Assembly (NCBI GenBank): GCA_965603825.1
Contig: CBFDEM010000036.1
Coordinates: 1-64,000 of the forward strand
Direction: 5' to 3'
Source: Blepharisma stoltei ATCC 30299
Lineage: Eukaryota; Protista; Ciliophora
DNA: 64,000 nt
Shown: positions 38,092 through 51,464 of the stretch, piece by piece
Position numbering within the stretch: position 1 is the stretch's first letter
Layout of the letters: every line of letters begins with the position of its first letter
Notes under the pieces: generated by a model
What the model saw: the letters and a program-made list of their open reading frames with translations, nothing else
Database searches by the model: none
Told to the model about the DNA's origin: nothing
Program-made: the position numbers and the translations under genes

Positions 38092-38715
38092 ATGAATTTT
38101 GAAGAAATACTTTCAGAACTTTTCAACCGTTTGAGAAGGGCTATATAAATACTACACTATATGTCAAAAACGGAACAATAAGGGTTTCTTTCAAAAAAAG
38201 CTAACTATTGAGCCTGATTACCTCATTGTTTCTCATACAAATCCTCAATGAAGAGTTGAGATTCCTTTGTCTTATTCTTTAAAATACAAATAATATTTCA
38301 CCCGAAATATGACTTCCTCAGGGTTCGACCAAAAAGGGAAATAAATTACTAATTAATGACTATCCATAACGAAATAACTTGAAAGAGATTTTATTGAACT
38401 ATTTAAGGCCAGTAAAGCCTTCTTTATGGCATCAACTAAATTTCAATTTAAAAGCAATAGCATTTCTCAAGGCAAAAATTCTCAAAATAGCGAAGATGCT
38501 TATTTTTCCACAATTGTTAAAAAATCTTAAAGAAAATTAAAATGATCTCAAAAGCGTAGCGGAAAGGTTAGTTAGCAAAAAAAGAATGAGTATTTGAGAA
38601 GAGAAACCATTTATTTTGAAAAGTTCTAAATTTACAGGAAAAAAAATCATTGGCAGTAAAAGAGATGATATTGCAGTTATCATAGCTTCTATCAATGAAA
38701 TTGATATTTCATTTT
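38092..38715 (+). pseudogene. Internally deleted tandem copy of the PP2C gene
   Basis: Nucleotide similarity to 36594-37021 joined directly to 37589-37790 at ~38510; stops and frameshifts throughout. Confidence 0.92.
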
Positions 38716-38873
38716 GTTTAATTTAAATTATTATATAAAAACAATCATTTCACTCATAAACAAAATTTTTATCAATTATTTATAAGCTGGATTATAGGTT
38801 ATTTAACAAAATTTTATCTTTCTTAATTATAAATTCAAGGAAAATAAGCAATTTTGTAGATTACAAATAAATT

Positions 38874-40391
38874 ATGGGAGATTTATATCAAACTTTGAGC
38901 GAACTTCTCAGCGAAAATCCTGCATTCAGGGATATTCCAGATATTTCGAAGTCACAAGGAAAATCTTATGACTCACTCTCAAAAAAAATTAGCGAATATC
39001 TCAAAAATTTTTGTCAATTGATACGAAATAATGGAGATCCTGATGCTATTAATCAACTCTTTCGCTCACTCACCATACCAATTTTAGCGTGCACAGATAT
39101 TCAGGTCCTTCTAGAGCTTTTTGAATCATTGCGTGAAAATCCTGATGCCTTCATTGAAAAATTTTATATAAAATCTCGATGCTATGTGCTTATAAACACA
39201 ATTCCCAAAGAAACCAACTTCGAAAGCTATTTGATGAGCTCTGTTAATTATATCCTAAAAATGAGGCAAAATGAGTTTGATACGAGGGGCACAGAAATGA
39301 TTTTTGCTAATTATTGTTTAAAATACATGGAAGAAAACTTAAACAACAAAACTTCTCATAAACTAGCAAAGAAAATCGAAGATATTATTGACCCAATGGA
39401 TTTTAGACGATTTAAGAAGCTTAAAGAAGACCTTGCAAATAGCAATATAAATAAAGAACTCAATAGACAAGATTTCAGATTCCTCGAAGAAATTTATTCC
39501 AATAATAAGGGTAATTTTTCAATAAAAGTCCACAAAGGAATGTGACGAAATCCAAGGAATGAGGAAGTTGAAGTAGCTATAAAAGTATACAAGTTCAGCT
39601 CAAAAACTGAGAAAAACGAGAGATATACAAAAATGATAGAAACTGAGTCCGATATTTTACAAAAAATTAATGCTTATGACAATAAGCATTATGACAACCA
39701 TTTTGTGAAATATTATGGGTATGTAAAAATTGATGAAGAGCCATTCGCTGAGTATTGGGTAGTGATGGAGCTCTATGAAGAGACTTTGATAGAGTATGCC
39801 AGAAAAAACGTGCCTTCAGATAAAAAAGTCCTGGAGTTTGCAAAGCAGCTGCTTGAAGGGCTAGCCATTCTTCACGAAAAAAATATTGCCCATCTAGACA
39901 TAAAGCCGCAAAATATTTTCGTGCAAAAAAGAAAGGGAAAGAGAGAAGGGGAAGAGGAAATTTCTTTGAAAATTGCTGATTTTAATATTTCACTGGATTT
40001 AGGCAAAAATCAAGGACGTCTATACCCTGTTCAAGGGACACCAGGATTTATGGCCCCAGAGCTAGAAGAAGCTTATGAGAGATCTAAAGCCTCAAATGAC
40101 CCTTTGAAAAAAGCAATAATTTATGATCCGAAAAAGGCTGATATGTTCTCTCTAGGGCTTACTTTAGGCCAATGCTTGAGAGGGAAAGGAATAGGAAATG
40201 GGTTTAGCTGGGACACAAGCCAGAGGGAATTATCTGACTTTATTAATCGATACAAAAAATCCAAATTGGGTGCGGTTTTAGAATATACATTAAAACGTGA
40301 ACCAAACCAAAGACTTGACGCTGATAGGATTATAAGAAAACTAAATGGCGAAGAAGATGAAGAAGAAAAAAAAATAGAATTAGAAGAATAA
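38874..40391 (+). CDS. Ser/Thr protein kinase with helical N-terminal extension, 505 aa
   Basis: VHKGMW(TGA), VAIK, HLDIKPQN, DFN in place of DFG, GTPGFMAPE, KADMFSLG; two track ORFs in frame. Confidence 0.93.
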
Positions 40392-40817
40392 ATTAATGGA
40401 AAATTATTATAAAAATTGATAAATTTTTCATTTTAATCCTTGTAGAAGATAAATATTATTGTAAATGAAAATAAGTTGCTGATTATTAATTTTGATAGAA
40501 ATTAAGATTAATTGAAATTATTATGTTTTATCTTCTTAGTCTAATATAATCTATATGAATTGTTAACAATTCTAATTGAACTTATAATTAAGTTGTTGGA
40601 AACTTTCTAAGAAAATAGACTAAAACCCAAGACAGCACTACTTTCTACTCCTCTTTCTACCACAAATTTTTAACCAAATCCTCTTTTTTGGCTAACGCTT
40701 GATCTCACAAGTGCTTATCCAAGCCCAATTTCAGAATTTTTAAATATTCCCCAACCCAAAATCCTCAGAAAAGTTTATACAAGATTGCTAGATTATTCAA
40801 GCTACTTAAAAGATTTA

Positions 40818-42353
40818 TTAGCAGAAGGGCTGGAATCCGTACTTAGCGGTGCCTTTTTCTTCCTCTTTGTACATCTTTCTTATTCCATATGCCAATATAA
40901 GCAAAAATGCACAAATATACACAGTTCCCAGGCAGAACACGATAATTGAAGGTCTTTTTTGCTTTTCCACAATCTTTTTTACGATTAAAATCCCAGCTGC
41001 TGAGCCAATCACAGAAAAAGCCATGAGCCAAAGTGAGTAATTTTCTGTGACCATGCCAGCTTTTAGGAATAAAATGAAATTCAAGCTAGATGTGAGGACA
41101 ACAATGACAGAAGAAGTGGCTGCTGACACTTCTGGCCTAATCCCGAATGCCAGCTGAACAGGACCCATGATAACGCCTCCACTGATTCCTATTAATCCTG
41201 AGGTAAAGCCTGCGATAAACGAAAAGCACATAAGCATGATGCTTTCTTTGAAATGCCACCTTAGGTCATGGGCATCATAGTCATAGCCCAGTTCTAACTT
41301 ATGATGAGTTTGCCTATTAAGGTGCCTTGCAAGAATGAGACCAATTAAAATCATAGAAACGATAAAGCCTCCTACAAATCCCCAATATTGATCTGAACAA
41401 AGTTCCCAGCCTCCGATGGACTTCACATTAGTGTCCCCTCTAAAAAAAGCAGCAAGAATTGCCCACGCATAAATCGCACAAATAATGAAAATATGAAAAG
41501 GATAGTAAACCTTGCCTTCTTCTTTGTAAATTTCTTGAAGCTCAGAATGGATGTCTCTTATAGGTCTGCCTGTCTCCTCTTCGACAATAACAAAACTAGC
41601 GTGCCTTTTCTTTCCATATTCTAGCTGATTTTGTGAATTTTCTTCTTCATGCTCGAAGTTATCTTGGTCTTTCTCTAGCTCGTCATCTGGCTCAATGATT
41701 TCAAGCTCATCATTTTTGTTCTCTGCCTTAAACTCAATAGTATCTATTTCAACGGTGTCTTGATGGGTAACCTTCATTATGGTTGAGACTCTCTTAATTT
41801 TGGTCTCTTTTTTGTAATACACATATCCTTTGTGGAAAGTAATTATAGCCAACGTCAATGTCACAAGAATAAGGATTGCTAAAATTAGCCATGTAGGGAA
41901 CCCTATGTTGAGGAAAACCCCAATTGAGCTTCCAAGGAGAAGAGGGGCCACCTCAAGCATGAGGATGTCGTAAAAAATCAGGGGACGGTCCCTTGCAGGA
42001 TGCCTGCTCTTGAATTTTAAAAAGACTGCAATAATGCTTCCACTCATTATAATGACCTGAACTATCGGGATCACCATGTGTGTCTCGAAGTTAAATATCA
42101 GGAGCAGAAAAGCAATCATGATTGAGCTACCACCAATTCCACCGGCATTGGATAAAGCACTCATCAAAAACACCAGGATTGTACCTGCTACTTCCTGTCC
42201 GCTCAATGGCATCAAGTCCTTGTGGACACATTTGCCGACCTCTTCGTTGCAGTGGTTCATAGGGTCGCAGTCACTGTCTTTTTTGCATTTTGGTGAGAAT
42301 TTGTTTTGAGCTGTCACTAAAGCGATAAGAAGGATAAGGAGTATTAGCCTCAT
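40818..42353 (-). CDS. TauE/SafE (sulfite exporter) family membrane protein
   Basis: SNAGGIGG, HPARDRPLIFYD, GLIGISGGVIMGP, PEVSAATS; N-terminal signal peptide and small Cys domain; first ATG at 42353. Confidence 0.9.
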   Translation of the reverse strand: MRLILLILLIALVTAQNKFSPKCKKDSDCDPMNHCNEEVGKCVHKDLMPLSGQEVAGTILVFLMSALSNAGGIGGSSIMIAFLLLIFNFETHMVIPIVQVIIMSGSIIAVFLKFKSRHPARDRPLIFYDILMLEVAPLLLGSSIGVFLNIGFPTWLILAILILVTLTLAIITFHKGYVYYKKETKIKRVSTIMKVTHQDTVEIDTIEFKAENKNDELEIIEPDDELEKDQDNFEHEEENSQNQLEYGKKRHASFVIVEEETGRPIRDIHSELQEIYKEEGKVYYPFHIFIICAIYAWAILAAFFRGDTNVKSIGGWELCSDQYWGFVGGFIVSMILIGLILARHLNRQTHHKLELGYDYDAHDLRWHFKESIMLMCFSFIAGFTSGLIGISGGVIMGPVQLAFGIRPEVSAATSSVIVVLTSSLNFILFLKAGMVTENYSLWLMAFSVIGSAAGILIVKKIVEKQKRPSIIVFCLGTVYICAFLLILAYGIRKMYKEEEKGTAKYGFQPFC

Positions 42354-43259
42354 TTTTGTAAACAATAATGACCAGTTATTATAACTGGTAATAACATGTC
42401 TTTTGGATTTATTCGAAGATTAAATTTATTAAGTAGGAAATTTTTTGAATTTTAGGGATCAATTTTTGGGTTGTTTAAGATCTTTGGGTATGAGGAAATT
42501 AGTTTTCGTGATATGTGAAATATTAGTTTTATATAATTGATTATGTTTTATGAATTTAATTAGGAGTTTAAATTAATCAGTCTGATATTTATGAGATTAA
42601 GATAAATTATAAGATAGCTAGAAGATCAGTAATTTTTATTCAAAATAACTTTAATTTCTAAATCAATATGACAACAGATTAAAATGGTGGTCTATTTGAA
42701 ATCGAAGAAATTAAAAAGTTTTTATATATTTGAGAATAAAATAAGATTTGACTTTAATTGTAAGACAAACGGAAAAAAATTATGCCTTAGCTTTTAAAAA
42801 ATAGATTTTATTAATTTGCTTATCTTTTTGCTTTTATAATATTTTATTCCATTCTATTATCTTTGTTAAATGTGATGCCTCAATATTTTTGATATCAATA
42901 CTTCAAAGAAAAGGAAATGTTCGTAAAAGAGTAAAAATTCTGATCAATTATAAAATTTAATTCTTAAGGCCTGTGAAAATTAATATGGAGCTATTTCAAT
43001 TTTCTTTAAACTGATAAAAGTAAAATATGAAAATAATTGATTTTTTTTTATATAATATTTTGCTTTTGAGTGATTAAACCTCGAATAATATTATCCTTCT
43101 AGCTTGTAATACATAATTTAACTTAAACATGCCATATTAAGAAAATTTCATTACTTAGGATTAAATATAATTTTTCTTTAAATCTTTTGTAAGTTTTTTT
43201 ATTATGATATTAGATTGCAAATATTATTATTTTATTATTTAATCAAATAATAAAAATAT

Positions 43260-43955
43260 ATGAAAGAAGATATTATATTAGCCAGTCAAGCAGTAATTTG
43301 CCAGATTCCTAGTGTTAATGATTTTTTGCAGGCCTTTTCGCTCAAATTAAGAGCTCAGATAAAAGAAAGTGCATATCAGAAAACTAAGCCACAGCTTTTA
43401 GAATGCGAGTATTTTTTCGGCAGCGAACAAAAATATGAGTATTCTTTTTCAATAGCAAAAGATATTCCATACCAATTAAACATTTATGAATATCTTTGCT
43501 TTCTTTCAGATACTTTAAAATTTACCATAGAAACGTGAATTCTGGCAGCTGCATATCTAGAAAAGGTTTTGTTAAAAATTCCTTTATTATGCTCCAATTG
43601 GAGAAAGCTTGTAACCTATTCCATTTTTAATTCCCAAAAAATTAGCGAAAGAAATGAATTATGTACCACAGAATTTGCCGATATTATACCTAATATTGAA
43701 GTCGTTGATTTTATTCTGATGGGCTTTGAGTATCAGAGACTAATTGAATATAATTATGAAGTTTATAAAGAGGAATTAATAGAAATTACTGAGTCAACTC
43801 TTGGATATTTTCCTTCAGATTCATATTGAAATTGAGAAATCGATGAGGAAAGCCTAGAAAAAGTTGCAAAAAATTCAAAAGAAATACCACAAGAAGGCCA
43901 AAATGAAGTAAATATTTATACTTCGGAAACAATATACTGCATAAATACAGTTTAA
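43260..43955 (+). CDS. Divergent cyclin-Y-like protein, copy 1, 231 aa
   Basis: IYEYLCFL...ETW(TGA)ILAAAYLEKVL...CSNWRKL cyclin-box pattern; open to TAA 43955 with TGA=Trp. Confidence 0.75.
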
Positions 43956-44144
43956 GCAGCGTTTTTAAATATTAATATAAAAATTAAGGTAATTTTAATA
44001 TTTTGAAATTCCTATAGCCAAATATTAATAATACTATTAAAGATGTTAATCCAAAAATATATCTATTAGAGCAGCCATTTATAATTTGAATAATTTTTTA
44101 ATCAATAATAATTATTAATCAAAAAGAAATTGCTTGAATTTGAA

Positions 44145-45074
44145 TTAATTCCACCACTTTTTTATGATTTTTCTCAGATTTGCAAGCCCTAGAGGAATCA
44201 TGTATAAAGTAGTAACTTTGTTAGCAACTGCAACATGTGCAGCTTGAGTTTTAACCCCTAAATGGCTTGCTTCAACTTGTGTAATTTCAAAGTTAAGCTG
44301 ATCAAGGAGGAGCATTACTGCTGAAGGCAATGCATATCTTAAGAATTTTCTGATGTCATGCCAGAAGTTTTGGAAGTTGCAGGATTTGCATTTTTTTTTT
44401 CAAGTTTAAAATATTTAATCAATGCGACATAACTGCAAAGTTTGAAATGTAAGTCACTGATGTCGCAATTCCTGCACTTTTTTCTAGCCAGTCACATTCT
44501 ATAATAAACAGCCAGCACCAAAATACATGCAAGGTTGTTGTGGTTCCATTTACGGCCAGGCAGGGCCAAAAGTACTCTTGAGCTTTCAAATATCTTCGGA
44601 AGAAATCAAAGCATAAGAAGAACCAAAGCCCTGGTAAAACACAGGATAAATAATTATAGCTGTATTCAGCAATTTTTTCTTCAACTCCCATTAGCATAAG
44701 AACTTCAGTTATATAGAGGATTGCATTTGTAATTGGAATAAAAGCAACTGTCAGCACAACTACTCCTCTTTGCAGCCATATGCCGACCATTTCATATTGC
44801 TTGTTACCGTTCGCTTGGGAGCATAAGGTCTCAAGGCCTCCTGCTAGACCCCAACCCACAGCGACTCCAATAAAGTTTCCCCACATACTGTCAAGGTCGA
44901 TTCCATCAAGACGTTCAATATCAATATTGCCAATAAAAAACATATTGATAATTTCGACCAGAAACTGAAGGATAAATGAAAGAATCGACGGCACAGCTAG
45001 CTTCACAATGGCCATTTCGGCTTGCCAAAGAGTTTCTTTTTGGGCTGGAATAAGTGGAAGGACAAATCTCCCAT
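44145..45074 (-). pseudogene. Half-length, frameshifted MATE transporter
   Basis: GLAGGLETLCSQANG, RRYLKAQ, GIATSV, ALPSAVML...FEI; frameshifts near 45058 and ~44400-44430; homology stops at LYMIPLGL (~44186). Confidence 0.88.
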
Positions 45075-46040
45075 TTTAATTAATGAACCATATAATCTGG
45101 TAAAATGATAAAGCTATCTCATTTTTTTTTGGCTAACGGCTTTAGGTTGATGGAATCGGGATTTCAAATAAAGAAATTATTGGAAAAAATAATAAAAATT
45201 GACAGCTTAAATTACGGCTCAGGTAGGATTTTTATTGTGATTAGCTGTTTTTGTATTTAGCTCCTATTAATATTTATTTTGAAGATTTTAGCTATAAAGC
45301 ATACAAATTCCAGAGATATTGTGATGAATTAGACTTTAAAAAAAGAGTTTTTATGTAGTGGCGTGCATATTTCTAAGTAACTTTAAGATGACAATGTATT
45401 TTTCTTGAAATGTTTTTATTCGATTTATCTTATGATAAGAAGAATAGTATTTTTTTACCTTATTAAAATATTTTTGAAAATTGTATAGATTTCGTGCAAA
45501 ATGGCTGCAGTTTCTATGAGTATACTGATTTTTCTTTTTTGCGAATACGACAATTATTAAGCATTTTAATATAATTTTGCAGCCAAATGCTAACCAAAAT
45601 ACAGAAATTTGTTAGCGAATCCAAATTTAGAAGAGAAAACACAAATATTAAGCCTTTTGAAAAATTTTAGAAATAAGCCATTTCCAAAAAAACAAGCTTT
45701 TTGTCATATGAGAATACGAAACACTTCCTCAAGTAAACTCTAAAATTTTTAAAAAAATTCTTAATGTAGGTGCCAATGCATTGTAGCAAATTCAAGCGAA
45801 TAAGTAACCTTAATAAAAATTAGTTAGTTAGGCTAACTAGAAAAACCAACCAAAAGGTATTTAATCGTATTGGAAGATGACGCAGTCACATTAAATTATT
45901 TTGAAATTTCCCTATCATTTGAAAATATTAATGACATCATATAGCAGCATGCTAGTTTAGTCTCATACTATTAATGCTGGATATAGTAAATAATTTTAAT
46001 TTTTCTATAACTATTTTAATCTTCTTTATCAAATATAAAT

Positions 46041-47227
46041 TTATTCATCGATTCTCGCATCATTATCAAAATTCAGTCCTAAACCCATTAGTCCTTCTTT
46101 AATATTTTCTATGTTCATCTTAATCCCAACAATATAATTTGAAAGATCATTAGTATTCATATTTAATGCTCTAAATATATATGACATATTTTCCCAGCTA
46201 GTTTCAATGGCTTGAAGGATATTGACACTATTAAGGAAATGAACCGCTACTTTAGCCCGATCTATTTGGCTCCTTTCTTTCAATGCGAATATACTTGTGG
46301 GGTCTGTGCTACTTGGGCAAAATGGCTTTAAAAATTCTAAAAATACACGTTCATTTATATAGTATGATTCTTTTTTAACATAAAAATCAATCAAAAGTAA
46401 AGATACTTCGCTATTAATTTCAAGAAATCCAAAGTTTTCTTTGTTTATTGTGGTATCAGTTAAGCTTAAAATTCTTGAAATCAAATGCAATTTTAAGATT
46501 TCGTCACAAATGTGGAAATATTCTTGAGGGATGTCTTCTAATGCAGTTTTTGCTGGGTCTAGAAGCTTTTCATAAAGCTTGCTGTACTCGCTAAATAATC
46601 CTCTCTCATTCAGATCCTCTGTCGCAATATAAAAATTGATCTGATCTTCCCAGAAAAGCGAACCTCAGGACCTAAATTTAATTGATAAAGAAGGTAATAA
46701 ACAAAAGCCTCTATCGGATCTAATTCTTTTAGTTCGCTCCTCATGCTTAAATCAGAGAGTGCACCATATCTCTGGGTTTTAATAAAATACTTCCTTGATT
46801 CAGAAGGAGAAATAGTTATAACAATTTTTCTTCCAAGCTGTAAACCGCTTTCTTTCTCTGAAAAAAATATACTTTCTGGTCCACTCAGTTTAAAAGTATC
46901 AATAAAAAATCTAGCAGCTGCATTTTCTAGAATTTTATAGGGAAGGTCTTTATAATAATATAAAATCTTAAGTAATTCGATCATAAGAATCTTGTTTTTA
47001 CATTGGAAGGCCCATCTCACAAGTTCGTACAAAGCATCCTTCTGTAATTTCTGATTTTGAATATTTAATAAATAATTTTGAATTTTTTCATCTTCAACCC
47101 CTTCTAGATGTTTTTTTACAAGAGCTTTGCTTTCTACTAATAGCTCTTTGTCCTTATCGAAATCATGAAAAGCAAAAGCCTTAACTGGCCCATTATCTGG
47201 TTGTTGCTTGCTTTCTTCCTCAGACAT
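46041..47227 (-). CDS. Atypical kinase-fold protein (HipA/PI3-4K-like motif order), split by a 1-nt frameshift at ~46655
   Basis: YFIKT...E.FVYYLL..LNLGPEVRF[FWEDQINFYIATEDL after restoring one T]...SRILSLTDTTINKENFGF...LLIDF; the second frame is open from the shift to TAA at 46041. Confidence 0.55.
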
Positions 47228-47376
47228 TATTTCAATTATTATAATCATCATTTTTAATCCCTTAAATAAGTTAGAATCAAATACATTTTTGTCTTTAAAT
47301 CTTATGTAAATTTTTTTATTATGATATTAGACTACAAATATTATTATTTTATTATTTAATCAAATAATAAAAATAT

Positions 47377-48072
47377 ATGAAAGAAGATATTATATTAGCC
47401 AGTCAAGCAGTAATTTGCCAGATTCCTAGTATTAATGATTTTTTGCAGGCATTTTCGCTCAAATTGAGAGCTCAAATAAAAGAAAGTTCATATCAGAAAA
47501 CTAAGCCACAGCTTTTAGAATGCGAATATTTTTTCGGCAGCGAACAAAAATATGAGTATTCTTTTTCAATAGCAAAAGATATTCCATACCAATTAAACAT
47601 TTATGAATATCTTTGCTTTCTTTCAGATACTTTAAAATTTACTATAGAAACGTGGATTTTGGCAGCTGCATATCTAGAAAAGGTGTTAGCAAAAATCCCT
47701 TTATTATGCTCCAATTGGAGAAAGCTAGTAACCTATTCCATTTTTAATTCCCAAAAAATTAGCGAAAGAAATGAATTAGGTAGCTCAGAATTTGCCGAGA
47801 TTATACCTAATATTGAATTCGTTGATTATATTTTGATGGGGTTTGAGTTCCAGAAACTAATTGAATATAATTATGAAGTTCATAAAGAGGAATTATTAGA
47901 AATTGCTGAGTCAACTCTTGGATATTTTCCTTCAGATTCATATTGAAATTGGAAAATTGATGAAGAAAGCCTAGAAAAGGTTGCAAAAAAATCTAAAGAA
48001 ATCCCACAAGAAGACCAAAGTGAAGTAAATATTTATGCTTCGGATACGATATACTGCATAAATACAATTTAA
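47377..48072 (+). CDS. Divergent cyclin-Y-like protein, copy 2, 231 aa
   Basis: Near-identical to 43260-43955, same length, offset 4117 nt. Confidence 0.75.
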
Positions 48073-50717
48073 GCAGAGCATTTTGAATATTAATATAAAA
48101 ATTAAGGTAATTTTAATATTTTGAAGTTCCTATAGCCAAATATTAATAATAATACTATTAAAGATGTTAATTCGGAACTATATCTATTAGAACAGCCATT
48201 TATAATTTGGATAATTTTAATCAATAATAATTATTAATCAAAAAGAAATTGCCTACTGCGAATATTAAATTTAAATTAATTGATTATTGTTTTTCTTGGT
48301 CATTCCACCACCATTTTATCGATTTTTTGATAGATTTGCAAACCTGATAGAAAAATAAGAAAGTTCATAGTAAAAAAAGCCTAACCAAAGAGAAAAATAC
48401 AATGGCTTAAAAAAGTGTCGGAAAACATCAAATATAAAATAAAATGTGCAAAGACTTGAGAAAATATAAATATTTATTTAATCAGTTTATAAATCAAATA
48501 AAATAATATTAATATATATATTTATGGATTTATTTTAAAATAATTATAAAGTTATGATTCTGTCAAAGCTGGCCTTGTAATGGTGCCTAAACATAGATGA
48601 AAATTAGCTCAAAAAACTTAATGAGTCTTTAATCAAAATGCTTATCAAGCAATTAGCATAGAATCTTCTGCATATATATTACTTTTTTTTTATAACTTTT
48701 TTTATATTCCAACTAATGTTTTATAGTGGTTTTTTTCGCGCTTTATAAGTAGAATAATTTAAAAATTCTTGCTTAATTCATTTGTTTACTTAAAATCACT
48801 CAAATACTTATAAAGCTATAAGAATTTCATAAAATAGCATCTTTAAAATTTAAAAAACAAGGGAATATTTCATCAACTAATGCTATTACAATTTTAATGA
48901 AAATATTTGATATCAGTCTTTGCTTTTAAGCTGATTTATTTACTTCTAATTTGTTTTAAATTATATAATTCTGAAACATTCATAAAATTAAATTAAAATA
49001 TACAAAACGAAAGTTATATCTCCACTAATAAGTAAAAAAGTCCTCTTTATTTAATAGAGAGCTATGAATTTTCTATAATTTATTAAAAATCTGGTCTTGA
49101 TACCGGCGCTACCATATTTTATACCATTCTATGCAGAATATATATGCTTGCAAGGTGGCAATCTGCTTGAAAGAGATTATTCATCCTTATGGTTCACATT
49201 CTAGATAAAATATTTTATTAAAAATTATTGAGTATATTTAATAGTTTTTCATATGCAATATTTTCCACTTGCTTTCACCATCCAGGAGTTTTCCGCAAGC
49301 TTTGATTACTATTAGGTATTTAGATTTTAGAGTTTTTATTCCTTCATCAGGATGTTTTAGACTGAAGCTCACCTTTAAAATCCCCAAGTAGTGAGTCAAC
49401 AGTCATCTTGTCTTGCAAGCATTTGACAGAATTTTTTTTTCAGTAGCTGGATTCATATAGTTGTAATAAGCTTCAATAATAATAAGTTGATATTTATTTT
49501 AAAGATAAATTATTAAGTTTATATGTATATATCATTTTTTCAATTTGATTTTTTGAATGATTAAATAATATTTTGCATTTTGTTTGATCTTTGCGTACAA
49601 TTTGCAGCATTTATTATTTTTATATTTGGTTTTTTCCCAATTTTTTTCCGAATAGTTCTATGGGCTTCTTTTCAATAGATTTTTGTCCAAAAGATTGATA
49701 AATATGCCGCTAAAAGCCCTTTTTTCCTCATTAAATAGCTATTGAAATTTTCTTATATTTATATAAACCTTTTTACAATTTATTATTTCTGTGTTCTTAA
49801 TATACTTATACAGTCATTTTTATTGAAGTATAATCAATATCCATTTCCTAAAATATTAAGCATATTAATTTTAATTTTTATCATAATTTTAAACTTTTAT
49901 TTTATCGGTTACAGAATTATAACAAAATGACCCAATATGAAACTTTTAACTTTTTATGCATCCCCTTGCATTATATTTAGCATTAATTTAATTAGCTAAA
50001 TTAAATCAAATTAGTAGATGCAGCGTTTTTAAACTAAAATTTTAAGTAATTAAAAAATGCATTTTCTGCATTATAGACTGGGTTAAATTTAGGAAATAAT
50101 AATCTATTGAATTTTCATCAATATGAACCTGAGGCTTGATTGAAGAATATGTGGTAAACTGCTTAGCAAATTTTTATAAATTTTAAGGCAAAATTCTTAA
50201 GAATTGTGGCCTGTATCCAATGACCACATATTGACTTCTAACTATTTTTAACTAATTGAAAATCCTAAACTTAAAGTCAATAAAATCAATTAATCAATCC
50301 TTAGTCATTTTTCAACAACTATAATAAATTAAAATGACCTCAAAAATAGGAGAATTAAAGTGAATTTAGTATTTATACCTAATAATTAAAGCAAATGGTA
50401 GATTCCTGAATGCTTATGCGAGATTATTCTAATTTAAAAATTATAAGAATTTTTTCGCAACATTTATAAAGGCAGGTATTAAAGTTATTAAAGTTATTAT
50501 ATAGGCAGCCTTATAGTAAAATTCGCATATAAAATCGCCAATAAAAATATTTTTTGTTATACTTAATAACCATTTTTCTTATTAAATAACGTTTTAGCCC
50601 TATCTGAACAGTAATTTTTATACTTTTTTCGATTCTTTTATAAAACATTGTTTTTATAATCATATCACTGATTATTTAATTTTACTGCCATTTTTTTATC
50701 AGTATATAATAATCAAT

Positions 50718-51464
50718 ATGATCTCGAAAACATTTAGCTCAACTCTTAATTTCACCCAATGGATCAACTCAAGATCACCTGAAATCCTGGATCTAATTCA
50801 TTCGATTTCAAGAGCCCTATATATAGAAATCGAATATTTCTGCAAGGAAATAAGAATTAATCCTAGGGCTGTGAATCTAGAAAACATCCCTGAAAGCGAT
50901 TATTTCTCCTATCAAGATAATTACAATAGCTGCTACGACGAAAAACTAGCAAGGCCAGTAGATATTCAAGAAATTTCAGAATTCGTACAGACTCTGTATA
51001 AAGAATTTAAATTCAGTAAAGAGTGCTTTGTTTTGACTATGGTGTATATTAAAAAATTTTTGTTTTACTCAAAAATACCACTAATGAGTGACAACTGAAA
51101 AAATATACTACTTATTTCTACATTAGTAGCACAAAGAGTCTCGGATAATGCCATTATTTCCGCTTCAGATTACAATAATATCAAAGGCTTCAGCCTTGAA
51201 GATATTAGACTAATGGAAATAGATTTTCTCAATTTTATAGGCTACGACTATAAGCTAGAAGCCATAGAGTATTTGTATCAAAGTAATTACCTTCAGGATA
51301 TCTCAAAATCTATTAAAGGCAACACATGGTATTTAGATAATGAGAAACTGGAAAATATTATGAAGAGATCGAAGCAGCTCTCTGAGGAAGAAAGCGATAG
51401 CGATTGCGGCATTTATCACTCTGAAGCTATGCATTCTATCGACATAGACCTAATAGATTACTAA
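50718..51464 (+). CDS. Cyclin-Y-like protein, 248 aa
   Basis: ISEFVQTLYKEFKFSKECFVLTMVYIKKFL...SDNW(TGA)KNILLISTLVAQRVSDN...MEIDFLNFIGYDY matches the cyclin Y/PHO80-type box. Confidence 0.82.

Larger units (their letters stand above)
43175..48345 (+). repeat. ~1.0 kb direct segmental duplication (43175-~44187 vs 47292-~48345)
   Basis: Similarity covers ~85 nt of upstream sequence, the CDS and ~230 nt of downstream non-coding DNA. Confidence 0.95.
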
